This document shows, one piece after another, positions 22,334 through 32,861 of a DNA stretch of 64,000 bases. The translations under genes and the position numbers were made by a program. Under the pieces are notes generated by a model. That model was not told the origin of the DNA, made no database searches, and saw only the letters and a program-made list of their open reading frames with translations. Numbering within the stretch: position 1 is the first letter of the stretch; each line of letters starts with the position of its first letter. This DNA comes from a virus, in the IMG/VR virus record IMGVR_UViG_3300044638_006409, positions 56,656 to 120,655 of that record; one strand, given 5' to 3'.

Positions 22334-22683
22334 TTTCAGTACAATTAATTACTTGGTTTATCTTATCCTATGGATTGATGAACATTATGGTTTATGGAAG
22401 TATATTCCAAGGGCTAAGAGATTTCTTCAAAAATCTTGGAAATAATCCGTATCAACCATTCCAATTCTTTTTTCATTTTATTGATGGTATTTTATCTTGT
22501 CCTATGTGTTTTAGTTTCCACGGAGGATGGTTTTTATCATTGGTAATATTCTCACCAGTTCATATGTTATTTGGAGTTCCTATGTGGGGTTCTTGGTTTT
22601 TTGATGGTATTTTATCATCAGGTGCTGTATGGGCAATCAATGCAATCGTTGAATACTTTGAGGAAAATAGACCATCTAAATAA
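22330..22683 (+). CDS. Membrane protein (DUF1360-like)
   Basis: Hydrophobic helices with LSCPMCFSF. Confidence 0.55.
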   Translation: MISVQLITWFILSYGLMNIMVYGSIFQGLRDFFKNLGNNPYQPFQFFFHFIDGILSCPMCFSFHGGWFLSLVIFSPVHMLFGVPMWGSWFFDGILSSGAVWAINAIVEYFEENRPSK

Positions 22684-22698
22684 TAAAAATTATAAATA

Positions 22699-22911
22699 AT
22701 GAAACTAATCGAGTTTAAATTAGAAAAAGGTTCAGTTTTCGTCAATCCTGATAAGATTGTTTCAGTGAGTGAAAAACCTGATGGAAGAACTGAAATTACA
22801 ACAGTTAATTACAATGAGTTTTACAATTTAAATCAAAACATTGAAGATGTTTTAATGGATTTAGGAACTTATGGTGGATTTAAAACATATAAAAAAATAA
22901 CTAATAATTAA
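22699..22911 (+). CDS. Hypothetical protein (FlbD-like small beta protein)
   Basis: VFVNPDKIVSV...TEI pattern. Confidence 0.45.
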   Translation: MKLIEFKLEKGSVFVNPDKIVSVSEKPDGRTEITTVNYNEFYNLNQNIEDVLMDLGTYGGFKTYKKITNN

Positions 22912-22912
22912 A

Positions 22913-23161
22913 ATGGGAAAGAAAGAAAAAGAACACAGAAAGAAAGTTGCAAAAAGAAACGAAAAAATTGCCGCTGAGAAAAAACAATTCCAAAAACAAT
23001 ATACTGAATTGTTGGAACAAAAGTTAAAAGAATATCAAGCGAAACTTACAGAAAACGAACAATTAGAAAACGAAATGAAAGTTTCATTAGGTGGACAAGA
23101 ATTAAACTTTTCAATTGTAGACCCAAGTGAATTAGAACAACCAACAGAAGAAAACCAGTAA
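22913..23161 (+). CDS. Hypothetical coiled-coil protein
   Basis: Basic N-terminus followed by a coiled coil. Confidence 0.55.
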   Translation: MGKKEKEHRKKVAKRNEKIAAEKKQFQKQYTELLEQKLKEYQAKLTENEQLENEMKVSLGGQELNFSIVDPSELEQPTEENQ

Positions 23162-23169
23162 CAAACCCT

Positions 23170-25542
23170 ATGGATTTATTCAATCCACCCCCTGATTACA
23201 ATTACAATTTTATGATTAAAGATATTGATTTTAACAAATTTGATAACCCATATATTCAAGTTGTATGGGAAGATTATCCTGAGAACTTTACACAAGAAAA
23301 AATCAAAAGTGTTAGACATTATTTCCAAAAGAAATATAACTCAACCAATGTTAATGTAATAACCAAAACAAAATCCACGGAAGTTACAACACAAACAGTT
23401 GATGTCTCATTTAATATCTTGGATAAGAACTATCAATATGAGTTGGTAAAATCATTCTTGGAAAACAAAAATCTAACAAATCTTACAGATGACATTCTTA
23501 ATTTGGATAAAGCTGTTGATAGTAGATTATTATTAAATGAAAGTGAAATATCACCATTTAAAAGATGGTATATTAAAAACATTGAGTTCTCCAATTTCTT
23601 ATCATATGGTGAAAATCAAAAGATTGATTTTGACAAATGTAATGGTATCTCGGTGGTGGAATCAAATCCTCCTAATTTCGGTGGAAAGACAGTTTTAACT
23701 GTGGATTTATTGTTATTTTTATTCTTCAATGAAACAACCAAAACATCAAAAGCTGAAGAAGTTTTCAATAGATTTTCTAATAAAGATAAAGTTCATATCA
23801 AAGGTGAAATTATCATTGATGGTGATGAATATGTTATTGTTAGAAATATTGAAAGAAAGAAGAAAAAAGATGGGGATTGGAATGTAAAAACTGAATTAGA
23901 TTTCTTTAAGAAGTTATCAGATGGAACATTACAGAACTTTACAGGAGAACAAAGGAGAGAAACGGAAAGTTTCATTAAAACCTCCATCGGGACGAAGGAA
24001 GATTTCTTGATGACAATCTTAACCACGGCAACAAACCTTGAAGAGTTAATTGATTCTAAACCCACAGCAAGAGGACAGGTATTGTCCAGATTTATGGGAT
24101 TGGACTTTATTAAAAAGAAGGAAGATACTGGAAAAGAAATCTATTCAGAGTTTTCCAAGTCAATGTTATCCAATGTATATTCAAGCGAAAAGTTGAAATC
24201 AGATAATGATGGATACAAAGAAAGAATTGAACAATTACAAACCGAAAACATTACCCAACAAAACAATTTGATTGATGTTCAGAACAGAATAATCAAAGGA
24301 CAAGAATATAGAGATACATTATTGAAATCCAAACATACGGATATTGATATTGAAATCTCGAATATTGTTCCTGAGCGTATTGAAAGTGAAATCATCGGAA
24401 TTAAAACCCAAAAACTAAGTATTGAAAAACAATTAAATGAACTCAAGGTAGTTGAACCAACAGAGTTTTACTCGGAACAAGAACACGACTGGTTGAAAGA
24501 TGAACACAAACATTACTACAAAAAGATTGTTCAAGTTGAACAAAATATCAAATCGATTGAAAGTTTAAAATCTTCAGTTGATGGTGGAATTAAGTGTGAA
24601 CATTGTGGTATTGAATTAATGATGGCCTCAATAACTCAAAGTAAAATAGCGGAACTTGAAGGTTATATTAGTCAAAAGACCGAATATGAGGGGGAAATGA
24701 ATAATATAATAATCAAAGAAGCTAAGTATGTTCTATTGAAAAAAGAGTTCGATGAGTATGAGAAAAACAAACTTATCAAAGAAAAATATGAACTTACAAT
24801 TGAGGGTTATTTGATGAAAATCAAAGGATTGGAAGATAAGTTGGAAAAGTTTAACTTGTTACAGGATAAAATATCCACAAACAACAAGATTGAAACCCAA
24901 CTTATCAAAGCCAACCTGAGATTGGATGAACTTGACAGAGAAAAATCATCAGTTCAAAGAATACTAGATTCTAACAACTATCAAATTCAAAGTTTAAAAG
25001 ATAAGATTGAACAAAATATCCAAATGATTGAAAAAATCAAAGTTGAAGCTGAGAAAGAAAGAATCTATAAAGTTTATTTGGAAATCTTTGGAAAGAATGG
25101 TATATCTAAAACAATAATGAAAACAATGATTCCAATGTTGAATTCTGAGTTACAAAGGTTGTTGGAAGATAGTTCTCACTTTAGATTGGAAATCAATATA
25201 AATGACAAGAATGAGGTTGAATTTGTCATGATTGATAACAACACCCAAGTTGAGAAATTAATGTCATCTGGGTCAGGTTATGAAAGAACCATAGCATCAT
25301 TGGCGTTGAGAGCAGTATTGACAAAGATATGTTCACTACCAAAACCAAATATTATAGTTATGGATGAGGTATTTGGAAAAATATCAAATGAAAACTTGGA
25401 AATGGTTGGGGAGTTTTTTACCAAAATTAAAAACTATTTCGAAAAGATATTCGTTATAACCCACAATCCACTGGTTAGTAATTGGGCTGACAACATTATA
25501 AAGATTACAAAAGAGAATAATATTAGTAGTGTCAGTCAGTAA
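23170..25542 (+). CDS. SbcC/Rad50 (gp46-like) ABC ATPase
   Basis: IEFSNFLSYG, variant Walker A NFGGKT, CEHC zinc hook within the coiled coil, SGYE signature, MDEVFG Walker B, ITH. Confidence 0.88.
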   Translation: MDLFNPPPDYNYNFMIKDIDFNKFDNPYIQVVWEDYPENFTQEKIKSVRHYFQKKYNSTNVNVITKTKSTEVTTQTVDVSFNILDKNYQYELVKSFLENKNLTNLTDDILNLDKAVDSRLLLNESEISPFKRWYIKNIEFSNFLSYGENQKIDFDKCNGISVVESNPPNFGGKTVLTVDLLLFLFFNETTKTSKAEEVFNRFSNKDKVHIKGEIIIDGDEYVIVRNIERKKKKDGDWNVKTELDFFKKLSDGTLQNFTGEQRRETESFIKTSIGTKEDFLMTILTTATNLEELIDSKPTARGQVLSRFMGLDFIKKKEDTGKEIYSEFSKSMLSNVYSSEKLKSDNDGYKERIEQLQTENITQQNNLIDVQNRIIKGQEYRDTLLKSKHTDIDIEISNIVPERIESEIIGIKTQKLSIEKQLNELKVVEPTEFYSEQEHDWLKDEHKHYYKKIVQVEQNIKSIESLKSSVDGGIKCEHCGIELMMASITQSKIAELEGYISQKTEYEGEMNNIIIKEAKYVLLKKEFDEYEKNKLIKEKYELTIEGYLMKIKGLEDKLEKFNLLQDKISTNNKIETQLIKANLRLDELDREKSSVQRILDSNNYQIQSLKDKIEQNIQMIEKIKVEAEKERIYKVYLEIFGKNGISKTIMKTMIPMLNSELQRLLEDSSHFRLEININDKNEVEFVMIDNNTQVEKLMSSGSGYERTIASLALRAVLTKICSLPKPNIIVMDEVFGKISNENLEMVGEFFTKIKNYFEKIFVITHNPLVSNWADNIIKITKENNISSVSQ

Positions 25543-25545
25543 AAA

Positions 25546-25577
25546 TAAAATGGTGAGAAAAAAACTCACCATTTTTT
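25546..25577 (+). terminator. Intrinsic terminator
   Basis: AAAATGGTGAG-loop-CTCACCATTTT hairpin with T-tract after sbcC. Confidence 0.75.
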
Positions 25578-25606
25578 GTTTTAATTGGAATTTAGTTTTA
25601 TATTTG
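25575..25606 (+). promoter_or_regulatory. Bacteroidota housekeeping-type promoter
   Basis: TTTG (25575), 20-nt spacer, TATATTTG (25599). Confidence 0.65.
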
Positions 25607-25631
25607 TACTCAACAAAAACGACATAACAAT

Positions 25632-26147
25632 ATGAAATACTTACTTTCTGTTTTCATCGAACACAACGAACAAGAATTATTTGTTAAATCTATTGGTAAG
25701 GAGATTAGTACAATCGCAAGTAAAAGTGGTGTCAAGTACTTCTTCGGTCCTCAAACTGCTTTGTTTACTTTCGAAACTAGACTTTCTTTCGAAAGTATAA
25801 AAAATTTCTTCGACTCAATTTTGAGTGATTTATCAATTACGCATATACTTGTACCTATCAAAACTGACAAAATGTCATATTGGTTCGAAAAAGAACACGA
25901 GAAACTATTGTTTGGTACGGATATTTGTGCAACGAATGAAGAATATTCAGAGGAAGAACAAGAAGAAATGAGGGAAGCTATTTTGGGTGACCTAACTAAA
26001 ATCTTTGAGAAAGAAATTATCGAAGAAAATAGAGTCAAACAAAAAATTGTTCCTACCTTGGATGACCTCTTGGATAAGATTAATATGAGTGGGTTCAACT
26101 CACTAAATGAAGAAGAAAAAGATTTGTTAAAACAATATTCAAAATAG
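25632..26147 (+). CDS. Hypothetical protein with C-terminal LDDLLDKI..SG..SL...EK motif (DUF6576-like)
   Basis: The C-terminal motif resembles tails seen on Bacteroidota membrane proteins. Confidence 0.55.
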   Translation: MKYLLSVFIEHNEQELFVKSIGKEISTIASKSGVKYFFGPQTALFTFETRLSFESIKNFFDSILSDLSITHILVPIKTDKMSYWFEKEHEKLLFGTDICATNEEYSEEEQEEMREAILGDLTKIFEKEIIEENRVKQKIVPTLDDLLDKINMSGFNSLNEEEKDLLKQYSK

Positions 26148-26148
26148 T

Positions 26149-26949
26149 ATGAAAGAAAAAAATTCAGGTATTCCAATCAATCAAGAAGAGATTCAACAAT
26201 ATCTCAAAGACATTAGAAAGAAAAAAGTTATGACTCCTGACAGAGAAAAAGAACTTGCCGTTCTTATGAAATCAGGTTCATTAACATCAAGTGATGTGGA
26301 TAAAGTCCATAAAGAACTATTAGAGGGTAATCTTCGTTTTGTTATCACAGTTGCAAAACAATATCAAAATCAGGGATTGGATTTGGCTGACCTTATTGCT
26401 GAAGGTAATTTAGGTTTAATGAAGGCCATCAAGAACTTTGATTGGAACAAAGATTTGAGATTTATATCCTATGCCGTGTGGTGGGTAAAACAATCAATCC
26501 TACAAAGTTTAAATGACAACGCAAGAACCATTCGTCTCCCTGTGAATGTGGTTCAAGACCTACACAGAGCCAAGAAAGAAATTGACGCCAAAGGTGGTGA
26601 GTTAGATAGTAGATTTACCAGTCTTCCATCTATGGTTGATTTGGATATGGAAATCAATGAAGAAGGAGATAATCTATTCGATGTATTGAAAAACGATGAC
26701 GCTGATATGCCTGATGAAGCATTTCATACCAAGGACATTTTAAGAACAAAACTATTAGGGTTATTAACTTGTTTGGATGAAAGAGAACGAGCAATCGTTG
26801 AGGACTATTTTGGTCTATCAGGGTCACCAAGAACATTGGAAGACATCGGTGGTGATTTTAATCTAACGAAAGAGAGAGTTCGTCAGATTAAAGAAAAGTC
26901 ATTGAGAAAATTGAGAAACCTATCAGGTGACCTATTTGAGTGGATGTAA
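26149..26949 (+). CDS. RNA polymerase sigma-70 family factor (RpoD/RpoS-like)
   Basis: NLRFVITVAKQY, DLIAEGNLGL, RFISYAVWW, RTIRLP and TLEDIG..LTKERVRQI motifs. Confidence 0.92.
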   Translation: MKEKNSGIPINQEEIQQYLKDIRKKKVMTPDREKELAVLMKSGSLTSSDVDKVHKELLEGNLRFVITVAKQYQNQGLDLADLIAEGNLGLMKAIKNFDWNKDLRFISYAVWWVKQSILQSLNDNARTIRLPVNVVQDLHRAKKEIDAKGGELDSRFTSLPSMVDLDMEINEEGDNLFDVLKNDDADMPDEAFHTKDILRTKLLGLLTCLDERERAIVEDYFGLSGSPRTLEDIGGDFNLTKERVRQIKEKSLRKLRNLSGDLFEWM

Positions 26950-26984
26950 TTAATAAACAATTAATATTTATAAAAAAAGAAAGT

Positions 26985-27278
26985 ATGAAAACAATAACAG
27001 ATTTTTTGGGTAAACACGGACTAATTATAGCATTAGTTTTGGTTCTAATTTCTACTTGTACAGGAAATATGGCAAAAAAACAAAGTGAGAAACGAATTTC
27101 AAATCAAATAGATAGTTTAGAAACTGAAATTGTAATCTTGAAAGAAGATTTACAAAAACAAATCAAAATTGAAGGATTGAAAGCCGAAAAAAGAATGATT
27201 CAAGCAACTGACAGAAAAATCCTTGATGTGAATAGACAAGCTGAAATAGACAAAGAACTTCAGCAACTTGAAAAATGA
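26985..27278 (+). CDS. Membrane-anchored coiled-coil protein (spanin-like candidate)
   Basis: N-terminal TM segment then a coiled coil. Near the amidase. TATTTAT at 26965. Confidence 0.45.
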   Translation: MKTITDFLGKHGLIIALVLVLISTCTGNMAKKQSEKRISNQIDSLETEIVILKEDLQKQIKIEGLKAEKRMIQATDRKILDVNRQAEIDKELQQLEK

Positions 27279-27730
27279 AAATAATAATCACTGAAAGACA
27301 ATTAGAGGAAATAAATAGATTTCAGTTCAGAGACACCCCCAAATATAGGGGTTGTCTTATGTCTGACCTAACTAGAATGGAACTGATTGATGACTTTCTA
27401 AAAAAAGTTAAAGACAATCCTGAATATAATACAGAAACCCCTGATTATGATATGTTATTGGATGATTGGGATGGATATGATGACCAAGTTTATATTCAAA
27501 ACAAAGTAGATTCAATTATATTTTGGGAAGGATGGGTTGAAAGTTGTTGGGATGCGGCATTTAAAAAAGAACAATATAAAGGATTAGAAAAATCAGAAGT
27601 TATTGACAAAATAATTGAAGAAAGATTTCCAAGGATTGCCGAAGAATTTGATATGGAAATAATTGATTATGGGTATATTGATAATGATGGTTATATTATG
27701 TACATTGAAATGAAAAACAATAATGAATAA
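27275..27730 (+). CDS. Hypothetical acidic protein with MKIIITERQ leader
   Basis: The leader resembles those of 42195, 59620 and 60059. Confidence 0.55.
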   Translation: MKIIITERQLEEINRFQFRDTPKYRGCLMSDLTRMELIDDFLKKVKDNPEYNTETPDYDMLLDDWDGYDDQVYIQNKVDSIIFWEGWVESCWDAAFKKEQYKGLEKSEVIDKIIEERFPRIAEEFDMEIIDYGYIDNDGYIMYIEMKNNNE

Positions 27731-28544
27731 CTTATTTACTTGGATTAAAAATAATCCCATCCGTTCAATGTTTTTAGTCCCCATCTTTTTGGTGGCTGGT
27801 ATATCTATATCACATGTTGTTGCTTGGTACGACATTACCAATCCATTTAGTTGGGCAATTTACCTTTCGATAGCAATTGAAATTGGAGCTATAACCGCAC
27901 TAATTGCCGCGACACAAAAAATTAAAGGTGGTGTGAGGTTTATGTTCGGTTTAGTTACATTCGTTCAAATGGTGGGAAATATATTCTATTCATATAAAGA
28001 GATTGACCCGACAGGAGAATTGTTTATATCTTGGGTTGAACTTACCTCACCAATTTTTGAATTATTCGGGACAGAACCAACAGATATAATTTCACATAAA
28101 AGATGGTTGGCAATATTAGGTGGTGGACTTCTCCCTGTAATATCATTAACCTCATTACACTTCTTTGTAAAATATGAAGAACCTGGGAAACCAGTTACCA
28201 ACGACCCTCAGAATGATAGAGATTTGGAAATCACTTCCCTAATGGATTTAGATACAATTCTTGAAAAAGAGGAAGAAGAAAAGCCAAAGGTAAAAAGGGG
28301 AAGAAAAAAGAAAGAAGTTGCGGAGTCAACAATTGAAGAAAAAGTTGTAACAACAACAGAGGAATTACCTACAATAGATTCTAAAGTCGAAAGTCAAGAA
28401 CTTGAACAAGAAGTACAACCATATTTCAATCCTTCCGATTTCGGACTCGAACCACTTGAAATAAAAGAGGAAATACCAGTAACACCAACTCGTCCAACGA
28501 AATTGACATACACCAAGCCAAATGTATCCATAGATAGAATATGA
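27723..28544 (+). CDS. Multi-pass membrane protein (holin-like candidate)
   Basis: About 4 hydrophobic helices plus a charged tail. Directly upstream of the amidase. Confidence 0.5.
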   Translation: MNNLFTWIKNNPIRSMFLVPIFLVAGISISHVVAWYDITNPFSWAIYLSIAIEIGAITALIAATQKIKGGVRFMFGLVTFVQMVGNIFYSYKEIDPTGELFISWVELTSPIFELFGTEPTDIISHKRWLAILGGGLLPVISLTSLHFFVKYEEPGKPVTNDPQNDRDLEITSLMDLDTILEKEEEEKPKVKRGRKKKEVAESTIEEKVVTTTEELPTIDSKVESQELEQEVQPYFNPSDFGLEPLEIKEEIPVTPTRPTKLTYTKPNVSIDRI

Positions 28545-29137
28545 TTGATATAATCAAATATGGGGACTTTAAACCTCTTGGTAAACAGAAGAAAAAAAGT
28601 CAAATAATTCTTACACATACTAGTAGAAATGTCGAGAATTATTTGACTTCTTTGCGTTATAGACATAATGGAAAATATAAAAAAATACCAAACTATATAG
28701 TAACAAAAGATGGTAGAATTTTAAATTTACTCGACAACATAGAACATTGTCAGTTTTTCTCGGATACTCAAATCAATCGAAATTCAATAATAATTTGTTT
28801 GGAAAACTTAGGTTGGTTAGAAAAACAACCTTTAGAGAACCACTATGTTAACTGGATTGGTGATATTTATAAAGGTAAAGTGTTTGAGAGGAAATGGCGA
28901 GATTATTTTTTTTGGGATCCTTATTCAGATGAACAACTCGATTCTCTGACCAAGTTATGTAAAAAAATTATCTTAGATATGAGAATGAGTAAAGAAATTA
29001 TAGAACATAACACTAAAATAAATGGTATACAGAAATTTCAAGGGGTAGTAACAAGAAGTAATTTTGATTCTTCATTTACTGATTTAAGTCCGGCCTTTGA
29101 TTTTGAAAAATTTAGAAAAAAAATTGAAAATGAATAA
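28541..29137 (+). CDS. N-acetylmuramoyl-L-alanine amidase-like protein (endolysin candidate)
   Basis: IILTHT, NYIVTKDGRI, NSIIICLEN, YSDEQLDSL..L and DLSPAFD, an Amidase_2-like pattern. Confidence 0.7.
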   Translation: MIDIIKYGDFKPLGKQKKKSQIILTHTSRNVENYLTSLRYRHNGKYKKIPNYIVTKDGRILNLLDNIEHCQFFSDTQINRNSIIICLENLGWLEKQPLENHYVNWIGDIYKGKVFERKWRDYFFWDPYSDEQLDSLTKLCKKIILDMRMSKEIIEHNTKINGIQKFQGVVTRSNFDSSFTDLSPAFDFEKFRKKIENE

Positions 29138-29801
29138 TTCACATGATGAAATAAAAAAATTATTAAAGGCTTCAAGAAGTTTGTTGTCTTCAAATAATAG
29201 TATTAATGAAACATTCGAGATTAAAAAAAGATACGGAATGATATTAGAAGACTCCGTTACTGATTTAACATCATCAAATGTTACAAAAAAAATTGATGTT
29301 GGTAAATCTATTGAAAAGGATATAACCGATGATGAACAAAAAGAAAAAAGGGACGAAGAAGTTGCAGAATATAGAGTTTCTGGCGGTATTATAGTTTTAC
29401 ATGGTAAAAACAAAAAAGAGTTAGTATTAACTGAAGATGAAAAGTTAGCTTTCCAAGAAACAATGGATGAATTTGTTGAAGAGGTGTCAAATATGGTAGA
29501 TTTCAATCCACTACACATATATGAAAAAAATGTTATTTGGTCAGGGTTGTTAAGAAAAGAAAACCTAACATTCATTTTCAACCTTAATGATGGTGTATAT
29601 TTTGAAATAGAAACTATGATAAAATTGGATGCAGAACTGTTAGAGACTCAAAAAAAGTTGGAGAGATATTTTACAAAATTTGAATCAAAGTGGGCGGACA
29701 TTATAGGTAATAGAATCAAAACTAAAGTTTCAAATGAAAGACCAACAGAAAAACAAGAATACGAAACATTCAAACCATCAACAAGACCAATCGGATTATA
29801 A
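29130..29801 (+). CDS. Hypothetical (probable head-associated) protein
   Basis: IKKLLK...INE leader. Lies in the late cluster. Confidence 0.5.
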   Translation: MNNSHDEIKKLLKASRSLLSSNNSINETFEIKKRYGMILEDSVTDLTSSNVTKKIDVGKSIEKDITDDEQKEKRDEEVAEYRVSGGIIVLHGKNKKELVLTEDEKLAFQETMDEFVEEVSNMVDFNPLHIYEKNVIWSGLLRKENLTFIFNLNDGVYFEIETMIKLDAELLETQKKLERYFTKFESKWADIIGNRIKTKVSNERPTEKQEYETFKPSTRPIGL

Positions 29802-29803
29802 TT

Positions 29804-30565
29804 ATGAATGCTGAAAATCTAACTAAGTCCTTGAAAGATAAAATCTCAAGTAAAATTTTAAACAACCCTAATTTGGGGATAACAGGTTCTATATCAAATT
29901 CAGAATATATGAGTTCAATATCCGAAGAAGATGAAACCGAGACAAAAAAAATGAAGTTACCAATAGGTAAAATATTTTCGGTAGGTAAGACTAATAAAAC
30001 TGAAACCAAGGAAGCTACAGGAACTGGTGGTGCTGGGGTATTTGTTCCAGCTATGAGTGGTGAAATGAAAGAAAAATGGAGTCAAAAATATAAAGACTCG
30101 ATTAATTGTTCGAATCCAAAAGGGTTTAGTCAAAAAGCTCATTGTCAGGGTAAAAAAAAGAAACAACAAAACGAAAGTGAGTTCAAAGCCCCTAAGTTAA
30201 GTATGTTTTCTGATGAAGCTCCAAAAAAAATAAAAAAACAAGAAATACATAAAATTGAAACAAAAGAAGCAACTGGGGCATCTTCTGCTGGTTCTTATGT
30301 TACACCTGCAGCTTGGGCTAAATCAACAAGTAAAAAAGATTGGAGAGGTAAAAGTAAAACATTGTTTCCTGGTGGAAAATTCGTCCAAGTAAAGAAAAAG
30401 TGTAAAACATTCCCTTATTGTAATCAGGGAGATATTAATGCCCTTAATCTTACAAATGAATCCAAAATAAATAAAATTATTAATAAGTTGAGTGAAAAAT
30501 ATAGTCTAAGTAGTGATTTTGTGAGAAAACTTTTGATTCAAGATTATCATAAGACTAACATATAA
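29804..30565 (+). CDS. Hypothetical basic protein with repeated ETKEAT motif
   Basis: Two ETKEATG repeats and a KWSQKYKDSINCSNPKGFSQKAHC module. Confidence 0.55.
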   Translation: MNAENLTKSLKDKISSKILNNPNLGITGSISNSEYMSSISEEDETETKKMKLPIGKIFSVGKTNKTETKEATGTGGAGVFVPAMSGEMKEKWSQKYKDSINCSNPKGFSQKAHCQGKKKKQQNESEFKAPKLSMFSDEAPKKIKKQEIHKIETKEATGASSAGSYVTPAAWAKSTSKKDWRGKSKTLFPGGKFVQVKKKCKTFPYCNQGDINALNLTNESKINKIINKLSEKYSLSSDFVRKLLIQDYHKTNI

Positions 30566-30587
30566 TATTTATATTAAAAAACCAAAA

Positions 30588-32279
30588 ATGAAGAATACAC
30601 AAAAATATTTAGAATCTTTAATCAAAAAATCAATCAACGAAACATTGGAAACTAAAGCTAATAAGTTGATGGATAAAATTAAAGAAATGGAAATGGAGGA
30701 AGGATTTGATAGTCCTGAAATTGAAATGGAAAGAGATGGACATGATTATGATAAGTATGAATTTAGTAGAAAAGTAAGACCATATGAATTTATGAAAGAT
30801 TTGGAAATGGACTCACTAACACCTGATGAATTTAAATATCAAATGGATACAAGAGATATTGATTTGGAAGATGAATTATATGGTGATGATGATGACTTAG
30901 ACCCATTCATTGAGGATGACATTGAACCAATAACGGAAGGTGAACAATGTGAACAATGTGGTGGTGGACTTACTGAAGGTGAGTGTATGGAATGTGGTTA
31001 CAAACAAATGGATGAAAAAACATACGACTTGAATCCTGATAATCAATTTGACTATGTTGAAGAAGAAATGGATTTAGATAGTTTTGAAGACACTGAGGAT
31101 AACATTTCAGATGAAGATATACTTTTCGACTATTGTAAAGGTGGTAAAAAAAATCCTGAAAGATGTAAAGCACATATGGAAATGTTGGAAGAAGAAATAA
31201 ATGAAAAACTTTATGGAAAACAAAAAAAGTTGGATAAGAATAAAAACGGTAAAATCGATGCCGAAGATTTCAAACTACTTAGAAAAAGTAAAGGTGAGAT
31301 GAGTGAAAAGTGGAAAGGTGATGTAGAAGTTGAAAAGAGTGGTGAATATTCTGATATGAGTATTGAAGAAATTGATTCAGCGATTAAGAAATTAAAAAAA
31401 CAAAACGAAAAATTCCAAGTGGATGGTAAAAAAGTTCCTCAAAAAAATAGAGAAAAAATGAGTGAATTATATTTTGCTAAAAGAGCTAAACAAGGTTGGA
31501 AGGGAAAAGGTAAAGCGGCGGTTGAGGAAGGTAAAAAAACTTTCGAAGTTGATGGTAAAACATATCCTGTTAAAGAGTCAATTATTTACCACATCCAAGA
31601 TAGTGAAGGTGACATCATAAAATTAACAGAAAACGAAGTTATTGATTTAATCGAAAACTTAGTTAATGAACAAAAAGTGAAAGGTTTAAAGACAATAGGC
31701 AAACCTAGGGGTCTAACAACATATGAGAAGGCACACAAAGGTTCAGGTAAAGAAAATGATGATTATTTAAAATCAGTATCTAAAAAAATGAAAGATTATT
31801 TGAAAGATGGTTCCAAGGGTAAATTCGATATGAATCCTAAAATGTTCCCTCAGGGTAATGGTGAATTAGCTAAAATGGACAAGAAAGCATTTAAAATGAC
31901 AGATGAATTGGAAGATTTTAACTATGAAATTGCAGGACAAAATTTTCCAGTTCCTGATGCTATCGATTATAATGAAGAATGGATGGAAAAATTGTTCAAA
32001 GGTGACTCAATGACAGGTAATGCACCAGGTGGAAATGCTTTAGAATCTAAAACTAACGATAGGTTCAACAAAATGAGAAAGAAAAATACACTAAAAAAAT
32101 TGAAAGACCAATCATACAAAAGAGTACCTCAACCAGTTTTCAATGAAAAATCAGGTGACCAAGATGGAAAAGGTATCAGTATAAAACTTGAAAGTATTGA
32201 TGAAAAAAATACTAAAGTACTTAATGAAGAATTCGAAAGAATGAAACAATTATTAAGTTACAACAAAAAAACTCAGTAA
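30588..32279 (+). CDS. Acidic/basic head-internal or scaffold-like protein
   Basis: Many (I/L/M)xE motifs, CEQC/CMECG, EF-hand-like DKNKNGKIDAED. TATTTAT at 30566. Confidence 0.5.
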   Translation: MKNTQKYLESLIKKSINETLETKANKLMDKIKEMEMEEGFDSPEIEMERDGHDYDKYEFSRKVRPYEFMKDLEMDSLTPDEFKYQMDTRDIDLEDELYGDDDDLDPFIEDDIEPITEGEQCEQCGGGLTEGECMECGYKQMDEKTYDLNPDNQFDYVEEEMDLDSFEDTEDNISDEDILFDYCKGGKKNPERCKAHMEMLEEEINEKLYGKQKKLDKNKNGKIDAEDFKLLRKSKGEMSEKWKGDVEVEKSGEYSDMSIEEIDSAIKKLKKQNEKFQVDGKKVPQKNREKMSELYFAKRAKQGWKGKGKAAVEEGKKTFEVDGKTYPVKESIIYHIQDSEGDIIKLTENEVIDLIENLVNEQKVKGLKTIGKPRGLTTYEKAHKGSGKENDDYLKSVSKKMKDYLKDGSKGKFDMNPKMFPQGNGELAKMDKKAFKMTDELEDFNYEIAGQNFPVPDAIDYNEEWMEKLFKGDSMTGNAPGGNALESKTNDRFNKMRKKNTLKKLKDQSYKRVPQPVFNEKSGDQDGKGISIKLESIDEKNTKVLNEEFERMKQLLSYNKKTQ

Positions 32280-32326
32280 TTACATTTTATATACCTATAT
32301 TATATTCTCCGTAAGAAACATTTCTT

Positions 32327-32794
32327 ATGGAGAATTTTTTTAATTACTTATCCAAGCCTGTTCCACCAGACGAAGTTGAAATATGGTTGAAAATGAACAA
32401 CATTATAACCGAAAAAATGGAGTTGTTTTCTGATTTTAGTCAATCTTTATATGATTTAATTAGAGAAACTTATTTAGGTGAAACAACAGATTCATTCGAA
32501 ACTAAAATTATTTTAACAAAAGAAGATAACAAAAAACATTTTTCTTGGTGTTGGAATAAAACTATTGAAAACTTCAAAAAAGAGGGGCTACACTTCAAAT
32601 CTGAAGGTGAACATTTTGTTTATTTTGAAACCTTTTTCGAAGATATTTTTTATTACCAAAAAGAGGACAAGATTAAAAACTCAGTTAATGATTTTTTTGA
32701 CTCTTTATTCGATGTTAGAAAACCATTTACAAAGTCTGATTTAGATATGATAAATGTACTTTATAAAATACTTGATAAAAGTTTAAATTTATAA
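32327..32794 (+). CDS. Hypothetical protein
   Basis: 155-aa ORF. Confidence 0.55.
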   Translation: MENFFNYLSKPVPPDEVEIWLKMNNIITEKMELFSDFSQSLYDLIRETYLGETTDSFETKIILTKEDNKKHFSWCWNKTIENFKKEGLHFKSEGEHFVYFETFFEDIFYYQKEDKIKNSVNDFFDSLFDVRKPFTKSDLDMINVLYKILDKSLNL

Positions 32795-32861
32795 AAAAAT
32801 TGGTTTTTTATTTACATCAGACCAATAATATTTAATTTAGTAGTAATAAAATTTATATAAA

